From assembly GCA_027340875.1 (NCBI GenBank), contig DAIENX010000097.1, forward strand, positions 1 through 23,145: 23,145 nucleotides of DNA. The letters run 5' to 3'. A program made the translations under genes and the position numbers. The notes beneath the pieces were generated by a model. That model was not told the origin of the DNA. It saw only the letters and a list, made by a program, of their open reading frames with translations, and ran no database searches. Below, piece after piece: positions 1-9,576 of this stretch. Position 1 is the stretch's first letter. Every line of letters begins with the position of its first letter. The stretch comes from Elusimicrobiota bacterium (GTDB taxonomy: Bacteria; Elusimicrobiota; Elusimicrobia; Elusimicrobiales; UBA9959).

Positions 1-2
1 CC

Positions 3-434
3 GCGGACCCCGTTAAGAACTATCCCACCTGGACCGTGCCGGCCAGGCTGGTGCGGCAGGTCGGCGAGCGCCTGCGCTCCGAGTTCTCCTTCGACTACCT
101 GGACGTGCTGACCGCCAACGACTGGCTCCCGGTCCCCGCCGCCGGCGAGACCCCCGCCAAGGAAGGCTCGTTCGAGGTGGTCTATATAGTTTCCGCCCTC
201 GAGGCCGGCCACCGGGTCTGCCTGCGCGCCTCCGTACCGCGCGCCGACGGCGCCTCTCTCCCCAGCCTGTACGGCATCTTCATGGCCGCCGACTGGCAGG
301 AGCGCGAGGTCTACGACATGTACGGCATCCATTTCGAGGGACATCCCAACCTCAAGCGGATCCTGACCCACGACCAGCTCAAGGGCTTCCCGCTGCGGAA
401 AGACTACAAGCATACCCCGGACAGCTACGATTAA
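3..434 (+). CDS. nuoC: NADH-quinone oxidoreductase subunit C (5'-truncated by window edge)
   Basis: Frame is open from base 3. Contains the NuoC signature [26 protein letters not shown]...GFPLRKDY and lies directly upstream of nuoD. Confidence 0.93.
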   Translation, partial: ADPVKNYPTWTVPARLVRQVGERLRSEFSFDYLDVLTANDWLPVPAAGETPAKEGSFEVVYIVSALEAGHRVCLRASVPRADGASLPSLYGIFMAADWQEREVYDMYGIHFEGHPNLKRILTHDQLKGFPLRKDYKHTPDSYD

Positions 435-435
435 G

Positions 436-1572
436 ATGACAACCGCCGAGACGACGGCCCTCAAGGCCGACCAGATGTTCATTAACTTCGGGCCCCAGCA
501 CCCGAGCACCCACGGCGTCCTCCGGATAGCGCTCACCGTGGAGGGCGAGGTGGTGGTGAAAGCCGACCCCGACGTGGGCTACCTGCACCGCGGCATAGAG
601 AAGCTTTTCGAGGCCCGCACCTACCCGCAGGGCCTGATCCTGACCGACCGGCTGGACTACATCTCGTCCATGCACAACAACCTCGGCTACGTGCTGGCCG
701 CCGAGAAGCTGGCCGGCATCGAGGTCCCGCAGCGCGCGCAGTACATCCGCGTGCTGACCGCGGAGCTCAACCGGATAGCCAGCCACCTGCTCTTCTTCGG
801 CACGTTCGGCGTCGACATGGGCGCCTTCACGCCGTTCCTGTACGCTTTCCGCGAGCGCGAGATGATACTCGACCTGTTCGAGAACCTCTCCGGCGCGCGC
901 CTGCTGTACTCCTACATGCGCGTGGGCGGCGTGGCCGCCGACCTGCCGGAAGGCTGGACGGCCAAGTGCCGCGAGTTCGTGAAGTTCTTCAAGCCGCGCC
1001 TGAAGGACTACGACACGCTGCTGAGCTACAACCCGATCTTCAGGGACAGGACCGTCACCGTCGGCTGCATCAGCGCCGGTAAGGCCGTGTCCTGGGGCCT
1101 TTCCGGTCCGAACCTGCGCGCCAGCGGCCTGGCCTACGACGCGCGCAAGAACGACCCGTACTGCGTGTACGACAAGATGGATTTCACCGTGCCGACCGCC
1201 AAGACCGGCTCCTGCTGGGACCGCTACTACTGCAGGATGCTGGAGATGGCGCAGTCCGCGGAGATGGTGACCCAGTGCCTGGACGCGCTCGAGGGAGCGG
1301 ACCTGAAGGGCGGCGAGATAATGGCCAAGGGCGTCGCGAAGATGTTCAAGGCGCCCGCCGGCCAGGCCTACGCCCACGTGGAGGCCTCCCGCGGCGACCT
1401 CGGCTTTTACGCCGTCTCCACCGGCGGCATGAGCCCCTACCGCATGCACGTGCGCGGACCCTCTTTCATCAACGTGGCGATACTGCAGGAGATCCTGGTC
1501 GGCTGCAAGATAGCCGACGTCGTCGCCATACTGGGCTCCCTGGACATAGTCCTCGGAGAAGTGGACAGGTAA
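436..1572 (+). CDS. nuoD: NADH-quinone oxidoreductase subunit D (378 aa)
   Basis: Motifs NFGPQHPSTHGVLR, GYLHRGIEK, DRLDY, ELNRIASHL, EASRGDLG, RGPSF and C-terminal LGSLDIVLGEVDR. No CxxC NiFe ligands, so not a hydrogenase large subunit. Confidence 0.97.
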   Translation: MTTAETTALKADQMFINFGPQHPSTHGVLRIALTVEGEVVVKADPDVGYLHRGIEKLFEARTYPQGLILTDRLDYISSMHNNLGYVLAAEKLAGIEVPQRAQYIRVLTAELNRIASHLLFFGTFGVDMGAFTPFLYAFREREMILDLFENLSGARLLYSYMRVGGVAADLPEGWTAKCREFVKFFKPRLKDYDTLLSYNPIFRDRTVTVGCISAGKAVSWGLSGPNLRASGLAYDARKNDPYCVYDKMDFTVPTAKTGSCWDRYYCRMLEMAQSAEMVTQCLDALEGADLKGGEIMAKGVAKMFKAPAGQAYAHVEASRGDLGFYAVSTGGMSPYRMHVRGPSFINVAILQEILVGCKIADVVAILGSLDIVLGEVDR

Positions 1573-1582
1573 GCCTTTTAAC

Positions 1583-2863
1583 ATGACCGAAGAAACGATA
1601 GCCGCTGCCCCCGCGATCCCCGAACCGGTGTTCAACACCGCCAACGGCAGGCTGCTGATGCCGGACAACCGGTACTGGCCCACCGACAAGTGGAAGAGCC
1701 CGTTCTCGCTGCCGATCTACAGGAACGGCTTCGCGATACTGGTCGGTTTCTTCTCCGGATTGCTGCTGGCCGTCTGGATGCTGGGCGAGCTCGGCCCCAG
1801 GATAGACCCCCTTTACCAGGCCGGCGTGCAGTACGCGCTCGGCGCGGGCGTCCCGATGGTCCTGATAAAGCTGGCCTGGACCTTCATAAAGGGCGCCGTC
1901 CTGCTGGCCGTGCCGCTGCTGAACGCGCTTTTCGCGGTCTGGTGGGAGCGGAAAGTTTCCGGCCACATCCAGTCCCGCATGGGCCCGATGTACGTGGGCC
2001 GCTTCCAAGGCGTGCTGCAGACCGCGGCCGACGGCCTGAAGCTCTTCCTTAAAGAGGACATAGTCCCCGAGTGCGCCGACCACCTGGTGCACCTGCTCGC
2101 CCCCGTCGTGGTGATAGTCCCCGCCATACTCGCTTTCGCCCCGATACCGTTCGGCCGCGAGCTGATCTACGCGGACATGGACATAGGCACCGTCTACGTC
2201 TTCGCCGTGGCCGGCGTCTCGGTGATGGGCATAATCATGGCCGGCTGGGGCAGCGGCAACAAGTTCTCGCTGCTCGGCGGCCTGCGCTCGGCGGCCCAGC
2301 TGGTCTCCTACGAGATACCCCGCACGTTCTCCGTGATCCCGGTCATCATGCTGGCCGGCACGCTGAACCTGGCCGGCATAGCCGAGATGCAGACCGGCTA
2401 CTGGGGCGGCATCCTCCCCAGGTGGTTCATCTTCTACCCGGTGGTCGGACAGCTGTCGTTCCTGCTGTTCCTGATAGCCTCGGTGGCCGAGACGAACCGC
2501 ATACCGTTCGACATCCCCGAGGCCGAGTCCGAGCTGGTCGCCGGCTTCAACACCGAGTATTCCGGCATGAAGTTCGCGCTGTTCTTCCTCAGCGAGTTCG
2601 CCTACGTGCTGCTGTCCTGCCTGCTGATGGCCGCCTTCTTTTTCGGCGGCGGCGAGCCGCCGCTGCCGGGCCTGGGCTTCATACCCGGCTGGGCGTGGTT
2701 CTTCGGCAAGGCGCTGACGCTGATGTTCTGCTTCCTCTGGTTCCGCTGGACCTTCCCTAGGTTCCGCGTTGACCGCCTGATGGATTTCAACTGGAAGTTC
2801 CTGCTGCCGGTCAGCCTGCTCAACATAGCGGCCGCCGGCGTCTTCCTGTGGTTCTTATCATGA
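1583..2863 (+). CDS. nuoH: NADH-quinone oxidoreductase subunit H with N-terminal extension (426 aa)
   Basis: Motifs [75 protein letters not shown]...WK. Confidence 0.96.
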   Translation: MTEETIAAAPAIPEPVFNTANGRLLMPDNRYWPTDKWKSPFSLPIYRNGFAILVGFFSGLLLAVWMLGELGPRIDPLYQAGVQYALGAGVPMVLIKLAWTFIKGAVLLAVPLLNALFAVWWERKVSGHIQSRMGPMYVGRFQGVLQTAADGLKLFLKEDIVPECADHLVHLLAPVVVIVPAILAFAPIPFGRELIYADMDIGTVYVFAVAGVSVMGIIMAGWGSGNKFSLLGGLRSAAQLVSYEIPRTFSVIPVIMLAGTLNLAGIAEMQTGYWGGILPRWFIFYPVVGQLSFLLFLIASVAETNRIPFDIPEAESELVAGFNTEYSGMKFALFFLSEFAYVLLSCLLMAAFFFGGGEPPLPGLGFIPGWAWFFGKALTLMFCFLWFRWTFPRFRVDRLMDFNWKFLLPVSLLNIAAAGVFLWFLS

Positions 2864-3372
2864 TCAAATACCTGAGCTTCGTAGCGGACGCCTTCATCAA
2901 CACCCTCAAGGGCCTCTGGCTCACCTTCAAGGTGATGTTCCTGCCCACGGTGACGGTGCAGTACCCCACCGAGAAGCTGGTGCCCTACCCCAGGTTCCGC
3001 GGCATGCTGGCCTACGACGCGGAGAAGTGCATAGCCTGCGGCATGTGCGTGCGCGCCTGCCCCTCCAAGTGCATAGAGCTGGCCAAGGCCGTCGGCCCCG
3101 AGGGCAAGCCGGTGCCGAAGATAGACTGGTACACGATAGACTACGGCCGCTGCAATTTCTGCGGGCTCTGCGAGGAGTCCTGCCCCACCAAGCCCAAGAA
3201 GGCCGTCTGGCACTCGCTCGACTACGAGGCGGTGTTCGACAACCGCGACCAGATGGTCCGCCGCTGGAAGCGGGGTGACGGCCTCTGGGGCGTGGCCCGC
3301 TCCTCGGCCGGTTCCGAGTACGGCCCCCTGCGGGGCCAGATACACATACAGGAAGTGCCGGTGAGAAAATGA
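2860..3372 (+). CDS. nuoI: NADH-quinone oxidoreductase subunit I (2x[4Fe-4S])
   Basis: TVQYP..RFRG plus two ferredoxin motifs, [12 protein letters not shown] and [15 protein letters not shown] at 2860 overlaps the nuoH stop (ATGA) and is preferred over the GTG at 2848. Confidence 0.95.
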   Translation: MIKYLSFVADAFINTLKGLWLTFKVMFLPTVTVQYPTEKLVPYPRFRGMLAYDAEKCIACGMCVRACPSKCIELAKAVGPEGKPVPKIDWYTIDYGRCNFCGLCEESCPTKPKKAVWHSLDYEAVFDNRDQMVRRWKRGDGLWGVARSSAGSEYGPLRGQIHIQEVPVRK

Positions 3373-3863
3373 CAGAACAAATAGTGTTTTACCTGCTTGC
3401 CGGCGTCATAGCCCTCTCCGCCATCGGGGTGGTGACGCTCTCCAACGTGATGCACAGCGCCCTCTGTCTGGGCCTCAGCCTGGCCGGGGTGGCCGGCCTG
3501 TTCGCCGTGCTCGGCACCGACTTCATCTTCGCCGCGCAGATCCTGGTCTACGTAGGCGGCATCGCGGTGCTGATCCTGTTCGTGGTGCTGCTGGCCGGCA
3601 ACAACTCCGGCGGCAAGCTGCCCCGCCAGGTGAACCGGCAGTGGCTGCCGGCGCTGATCATCTGCACGGCCTTCATCTGGGCCTTCTACCGGATAACCGC
3701 CGTCTACGCCGGTTCCACGGTCAAGCTGCCTCCGACCGCCTCGGTGCGGGGCATAGCCTCCATCATGCTGGGCGAATTCGCCGTGCCGTTCGAGCTGATC
3801 TCCATAGTGCTGCTGGCCTCGATGACCGGCGCCGTGCTGTTCGGCAGGAGGAAGCCGGAATGA
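3369..3863 (+). CDS. nuoJ: NADH-quinone oxidoreductase subunit J
   Basis: Hydrophobic protein with [24 protein letters not shown] and [10 protein letters not shown] motifs. ATGA overlap with nuoI. Confidence 0.95.
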   Translation: MTEQIVFYLLAGVIALSAIGVVTLSNVMHSALCLGLSLAGVAGLFAVLGTDFIFAAQILVYVGGIAVLILFVVLLAGNNSGGKLPRQVNRQWLPALIICTAFIWAFYRITAVYAGSTVKLPPTASVRGIASIMLGEFAVPFELISIVLLASMTGAVLFGRRKPE

Positions 3864-4165
3864 CCCTCTACCACTACCTGGCCCTCTCCGGCCTGCTGTT
3901 CGCCTCCGGAGTGTTCGGCGTGCTGACGCGCCGCAACATCATCGGCATCCTGATGTCGATAGAGCTGATGCTGAACTCCGCAAACATCAATTTCGCCGCC
4001 TTCAACAGCTACCTGTACCCGGACCGCCCGCTCGGCCAGGTGGCGGTGATCTTCATCATCACGCTGGCCGCCGCCGAGGTGGTGGTGGGCCTGGCCCTGG
4101 TGATGGCCATCTACAAGAACCTCAAGAGCGTCTACGCCGAGGACTACAATATCCTGAAAGGATAG
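3860..4165 (+). CDS. nuoK: NADH-quinone oxidoreductase subunit K (101 aa)
   Basis: C-terminal part of ORF 3641..4165, starting at ATG 3860 (ATGA overlap with the nuoJ stop). Motifs RRNII..LMSIELMLN and AAAEVVVGLA with both conserved Glu. Confidence 0.95.
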   Translation: MTLYHYLALSGLLFASGVFGVLTRRNIIGILMSIELMLNSANINFAAFNSYLYPDRPLGQVAVIFIITLAAAEVVVGLALVMAIYKNLKSVYAEDYNILKG

Positions 4166-4175
4166 CCGCAAACCC

Positions 4176-6113
4176 ATGCTCGAATACGTCTACATACTGC
4201 CGCTGTTGTGCTTCGCCGCCGCGGGCCTGATACTGGCCTTCGGCAAATGGTTCCCGGGCAAGGGCGCCTCGATAGGCATCGCCGTGGCCGGCTTCAACTT
4301 CGCCGTGGCGGCCACACTGTTCTTCAAGGCCCTGGGCGGCGGACTGCAGCTGCCGTACGAGCATTCTATCCCCTGGTTCAGCTTCGGCGAGCACCTGGCC
4401 ACGCTCGGCGTCTACGTGGACGGCCTGACCATCGCGATGCTGATAGTGGTTACCACCGTCAGCCTGCTGGTGCATATCTACTCGCTGGGTTACATGCACG
4501 GCGACCCGCGCTTCAAGCGCTTCTACTCCTATCTCTCTCTGTTCACCGCCTCGATGCTCGGCCTGACGATAACCAGCAGCATGATGGTGTTCTTCATGTG
4601 CTGGGAGCTGGTAGGCGTCTGCTCCTACCTGCTGATCGGCTTCTGGTTCGAGAAGCCTTCCGCCGCGTACGCCGGCAAGAAGGCCTTCATCACCACCAAG
4701 CTGGGCGACCTCGGCTTCCTGGTCGGCCTGCTGGCCCTGTTCTACTGCGCCGGCACCTTCGAGATCTCCAAGATCCTCGAGCTGGCCCACGCCAACGCCC
4801 TTCCGATAGCCGCGGCCGGCGGCGCCGCGATCCTGCTCTTCTTCGGCGCGGTCGGCAAGTCCGCGCAGTTCCCGCTGCTGATCTGGCTGCCGGACGCGAT
4901 GGAGGGCCCGTCCCCGGTCTCCGCGCTGATCCACGCCGCCACGATGGTCGCGGCCGGCGTCTACATGGTCGCCCGCCTGTACGCGGTCTACGCGCTGTCC
5001 CCCGCGGCGATGAACGTCGTCGCCTGGACCGGCGCGATAACCGCCTTCACCGCCGCTTCTATGGCGCTGACCTGCTTCGACCTTAAGCGCGTGCTCGCCT
5101 TCTCCACCGTCAGCCAGCTCGGCTACATGATGCTCGCGCTCGGCGCCGGCAGCTTCACGGCCGGCATGTTCCACCTGACCACGCACGCCTACTTCAAGGC
5201 GCTGCTGTTCCTCGCGGCCGGCTCGGTGCTGCACGCGGTGCACAGCAACGACATGCGCGAGATGGGCGGCCTGCGGCACAAGATGCCGGTAACCTATTTC
5301 ACGTTCCTAGCCGGCACGCTGGCGCTGGCCGGCATCCCGCCGTTCGCAGGCTTCTTCTCCAAGGACGAGGTCCTGGCCGGCGCGCTGGCCAGGAACCCGT
5401 ACCTGTTCCTGCTGGGCGCCGTGGCCGCCGCGATGACGGCCTTCTACATGGCCCGCGCGTTCATCATGACCTTCCACGGCAAGCCGCGCGACGCCCATAA
5501 GCACGACCACGCGCACGAGAACCCGGCCACGATGACCGTGCCGCTGATGTTCCTGTCGGTGCTGGCCCTGATCTCCGGCTGGGCGCTGGCCCACGGCGAA
5601 CTGTTCGAGCACCTGGTCAATTTCGAGGGCGCGCTGCCGTTCGAGCTGCACCACGTCTCGCACGGCACGGTGGCGCTGGTCTCCACGATAGTCGCGGTGG
5701 TCTCGATGGGCAGCGGCCTGTGGCTGTACCGCTTCAAGCCCGAGATCCCGGCCGCGCTCAGGGAGAAGTTCTCCTTCTTCGTGGACATGCTCGAGAAGCG
5801 CTACTGGCTGGACGCCTTCTTCCTGATGTGGGTGGACATCGGCGACTGGTTCAGCCGCTTCCTGTTCGTCTTCGATTTCGAGTTCCTCGACCAGATGGCC
5901 ATAGACGGCTGGGCCTGGCTGACGCTGAAGCTCGGCGCCGTCCAGGGCTGGATCGATACCTACATAGTCGACGCGACCGTGGACATGTTCGGCACGGTCT
6001 CGCTGGCCGGCGGCAGGCTCGCCCGCACGGTGCAGACCGGCTTCGTGCAGAACTACCTGCTTTTCGTGGCCGTCGCGGTCTCGATATTCGCGGCCATAGC
6101 TTTTTCGGGATAG
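4176..6113 (+). CDS. nuoL: NADH-quinone oxidoreductase subunit L (645 aa)
   Basis: Motifs YSLGYM, WELVGVCSYLLIGFW, GKSAQFPL..WLPDAMEGPSPVSALIHAATMV, THAYFKALLF, GFFSKD, QTG.VQNY. Confidence 0.97.
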   Translation: MLEYVYILPLLCFAAAGLILAFGKWFPGKGASIGIAVAGFNFAVAATLFFKALGGGLQLPYEHSIPWFSFGEHLATLGVYVDGLTIAMLIVVTTVSLLVHIYSLGYMHGDPRFKRFYSYLSLFTASMLGLTITSSMMVFFMCWELVGVCSYLLIGFWFEKPSAAYAGKKAFITTKLGDLGFLVGLLALFYCAGTFEISKILELAHANALPIAAAGGAAILLFFGAVGKSAQFPLLIWLPDAMEGPSPVSALIHAATMVAAGVYMVARLYAVYALSPAAMNVVAWTGAITAFTAASMALTCFDLKRVLAFSTVSQLGYMMLALGAGSFTAGMFHLTTHAYFKALLFLAAGSVLHAVHSNDMREMGGLRHKMPVTYFTFLAGTLALAGIPPFAGFFSKDEVLAGALARNPYLFLLGAVAAAMTAFYMARAFIMTFHGKPRDAHKHDHAHENPATMTVPLMFLSVLALISGWALAHGELFEHLVNFEGALPFELHHVSHGTVALVSTIVAVVSMGSGLWLYRFKPEIPAALREKFSFFVDMLEKRYWLDAFFLMWVDIGDWFSRFLFVFDFEFLDQMAIDGWAWLTLKLGAVQGWIDTYIVDATVDMFGTVSLAGGRLARTVQTGFVQNYLLFVAVAVSIFAAIAFSG

Positions 6114-6153
6114 CCGTCCGGCAGCTCCGGGCGGTATTGACTCGGTGAATATT

Positions 6154-6160
6154 CAGGAGA
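6154..6160 (+). promoter_or_regulatory. Shine-Dalgarno of nuoM
   Basis: CAGGAGA 8 nt upstream of ATG 6169. Confidence 0.6.
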
Positions 6161-6168
6161 ATTAAAAC

Positions 6169-7632
<1,464 letters not shown>

Positions 7633-7653
7633 CGGCAGGTCCCGCGCAACTAT

Positions 7654-9075
7654 ATGCTTAACATAGCCCTGATCAACCCCGAGATAATGCTGGCCCTGGC
7701 CGGGCTCTTCATACTGGTCATCGGGGCTTTCATCAGCGAGGAGCGCGCGAAGGTGCTTATGCACCTCGGCACCCTCTGCGTGACCGTGGTCCTGATGCTG
7801 GTCCTCTCGCAGCCGGCCGGCTACGGCATAGGCGCCATGTGGGTGGCCGACCCGGGCGCGCTGCTGTTCAAGTCCGTTATCCTGATATCGGCGGCGCTGA
7901 CGCTGCTGCTGTCGGTCAACTATCCAAATATCCCGGCGCGGCACGTCGGCACCTATACCGCCCTGCTGCTGTGGGCCAGCTGCGGCATGATGCTGCTGTC
8001 CGGCGCGGTGGACCTGGTCTACCTGCTGATAGCGCTGGAACTCATCAGCATCCCCTGCTTCATCCTGACCGGCTTCGAGCAGAAGAGCGAGAAGTCCTCC
8101 GAGGGCGCGCTTAAGTACTTCCTGATGGGCGGCCTCTCCACCGCGGTCACGGTGTTCGGCATCTCGATGTTCTACGGCGCCACCGGCGGCACCACGCTGC
8201 TGGCCGAGAGCGCCTCGGTCTCGCTGCACATGACCGACCCGGTCTACATCATCGGCATGCTGTTCGTGATGGTGGGCTTCGGCTTCAAGATCTCCATGGT
8301 GCCGTTCCACTTCTGGGCCCCCGATGCCTACGAGGGAGCTCCCACTCCGGTCACCGCCTACCTGTCGGTGGCCTCCAAGCTGGCCGCGCTGGGCGCGATG
8401 CTGCGCATCTTCACCTCGGTGGTGCCTCACTACGCCATCAACGCCTCGCTGGTGGTGGCCGTGCTGGCCGCGCTGACGATGACGCTCGGCAACCTGGCCG
8501 CGCTCTATCAGACCAACGTCAAGCGCCTGCTGGCCTATTCCTCCATCGCGCAGGCCGGCTACATGCTGATAGGCCTGGTGGTGGCCGACCCTATAGGCCG
8601 CGAGAGCGTCTTCTTCTACGCGTTGGCGTATCTCGCCACCAACATGGGAGCCTTCGCCGTGGCCATAGCCGTGGCCGGCAAGGCCGGCTCCTACGAGCTC
8701 GATATCTTCAACGGCCTGGCCAAGCGCTCGTTCGGCCTGGCCGTGGTGATGGTGATGTTCCTGCTTTCGCTGGCCGGCATACCGCCGCTGGCCGGCTTCG
8801 TGGCCAAGTTCTACGTCTTCGCCTCGGCCGTCAACTCGCAGCAGTACCTGTGGCTGGCGATAGTCGGCGTGGTGAACAGCGTGATCTCGGTCTACTACTA
8901 CATGGGCATAGCGCGCCGGATGTTCTTCGTCGAACCCGATACGGCGGAGGGCGTGGAGCACGACGTCTACGTCTCGGGCGTGATCTTCGTGACCTGCGCG
9001 GCCACGCTGCTGATGGGCATACTGCCCGGGCCGCTGATAGAAGCCGCCAAGTCCTGCGCCACCTTCCGGTTCTGA
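7654..9075 (+). CDS. nuoN: NADH-quinone oxidoreductase subunit N (473 aa)
   Basis: Motifs EGALKYF, GFKISMVPFHFWAPDAYEGAPTP, KRLLAYSSIAQAGY, SLAGIPPLAGFVAKF, SVYYY. Confidence 0.97.
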   Translation: MLNIALINPEIMLALAGLFILVIGAFISEERAKVLMHLGTLCVTVVLMLVLSQPAGYGIGAMWVADPGALLFKSVILISAALTLLLSVNYPNIPARHVGTYTALLLWASCGMMLLSGAVDLVYLLIALELISIPCFILTGFEQKSEKSSEGALKYFLMGGLSTAVTVFGISMFYGATGGTTLLAESASVSLHMTDPVYIIGMLFVMVGFGFKISMVPFHFWAPDAYEGAPTPVTAYLSVASKLAALGAMLRIFTSVVPHYAINASLVVAVLAALTMTLGNLAALYQTNVKRLLAYSSIAQAGYMLIGLVVADPIGRESVFFYALAYLATNMGAFAVAIAVAGKAGSYELDIFNGLAKRSFGLAVVMVMFLLSLAGIPPLAGFVAKFYVFASAVNSQQYLWLAIVGVVNSVISVYYYMGIARRMFFVEPDTAEGVEHDVYVSGVIFVTCAATLLMGILPGPLIEAAKSCATFRF

Positions 9076-9095
9076 CCATAGCAGGCGAAAAAGGA

Positions 9096-9121
9096 AAAAG
9101 GCCCCGTAAAAGGGGCCTTTT
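9096..9121. terminator. Bidirectional intrinsic terminator between convergent nuoN and Nudix genes
   Basis: AAAAGGCCCC-GTAAAA-GGGGCCTTTT perfect 10-bp inverted repeat with A-rich and T-rich flanks. Confidence 0.85.
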
Positions 9122-9144
9122 CATTTTGGCGCGGCGCCGGCGGG

Positions 9145-9558
9145 TCAGAGGTTCTTTAGCAGCGCGAGCAGCTCCTGGTCGCTCGGGTAGCGCATCAGGC
9201 GGCCCGCTTCGTCCAGCGTCAGCCAGCGTATCTCCAGCACCTCGTCCGGGGTGGTGGGCTTGCCGTCGCCGCCGTCGCGGCGCATCAGGAACCAGCGTAC
9301 GTCCTTGGCCACCTGCTCGCCGCCGCGCAGGAAGGAATAGCGGGCCGTCAGCAGCGGGCGCAGTATCGCGCATTTCCAGCCTGTCTCTTCCAGGACCTCG
9401 CGCACCGCGGCCTGCTCGGCCGTCTCGCCCGGGTCCAGATGGCCTTTGGGGAAGGTCCAGACCTCGTCGCCCAGCAGGTTGCGCACCCGGATTGCCAGCA
9501 CGCGGCCGTCCTCGAGGATGATGCCGCCGGCGGAGTGTTCTTTTTTCGTTTCGGGCAT
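9145..9558 (-). CDS. Nudix hydrolase (Ap4A-hydrolase/MutT-like)
   Basis: Nudix box WTFPKGHLDPGETAEQAAVREVLEETG and N-terminal SAGGI. ATG 9558 is preceded by GGTGAG. Alternative GTG start at 9567. Confidence 0.9.
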   Translation of the reverse strand: MPETKKEHSAGGIILEDGRVLAIRVRNLLGDEVWTFPKGHLDPGETAEQAAVREVLEETGWKCAILRPLLTARYSFLRGGEQVAKDVRWFLMRRDGGDGKPTTPDEVLEIRWLTLDEAGRLMRYPSDQELLALLKNL

Positions 9559-9576
9559 ACTGCTCACCGCTAAGAT

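Noticed and set aside
436..1572. Group 4 [NiFe]-hydrogenase interpretation of the operon
   Set aside because: NuoD lacks both CxxC Ni-binding motifs and retains the quinone-site residues.
3641..3859. 73-aa N-terminal extension of nuoK in the ORF track
   Set aside because: It overlaps nuoJ out of frame. ATG 3860 gives the canonical size of about 100 aa and ATGA coupling.
379..5279. Antisense and alternative-frame ORFs in the nuo operon (379..1689, 2602..3345, 4122..5279 and others)
   Set aside because: Arg/Pro/Gly-rich or mirror-frame products typical of GC-rich DNA, overlapping conserved nuo genes.
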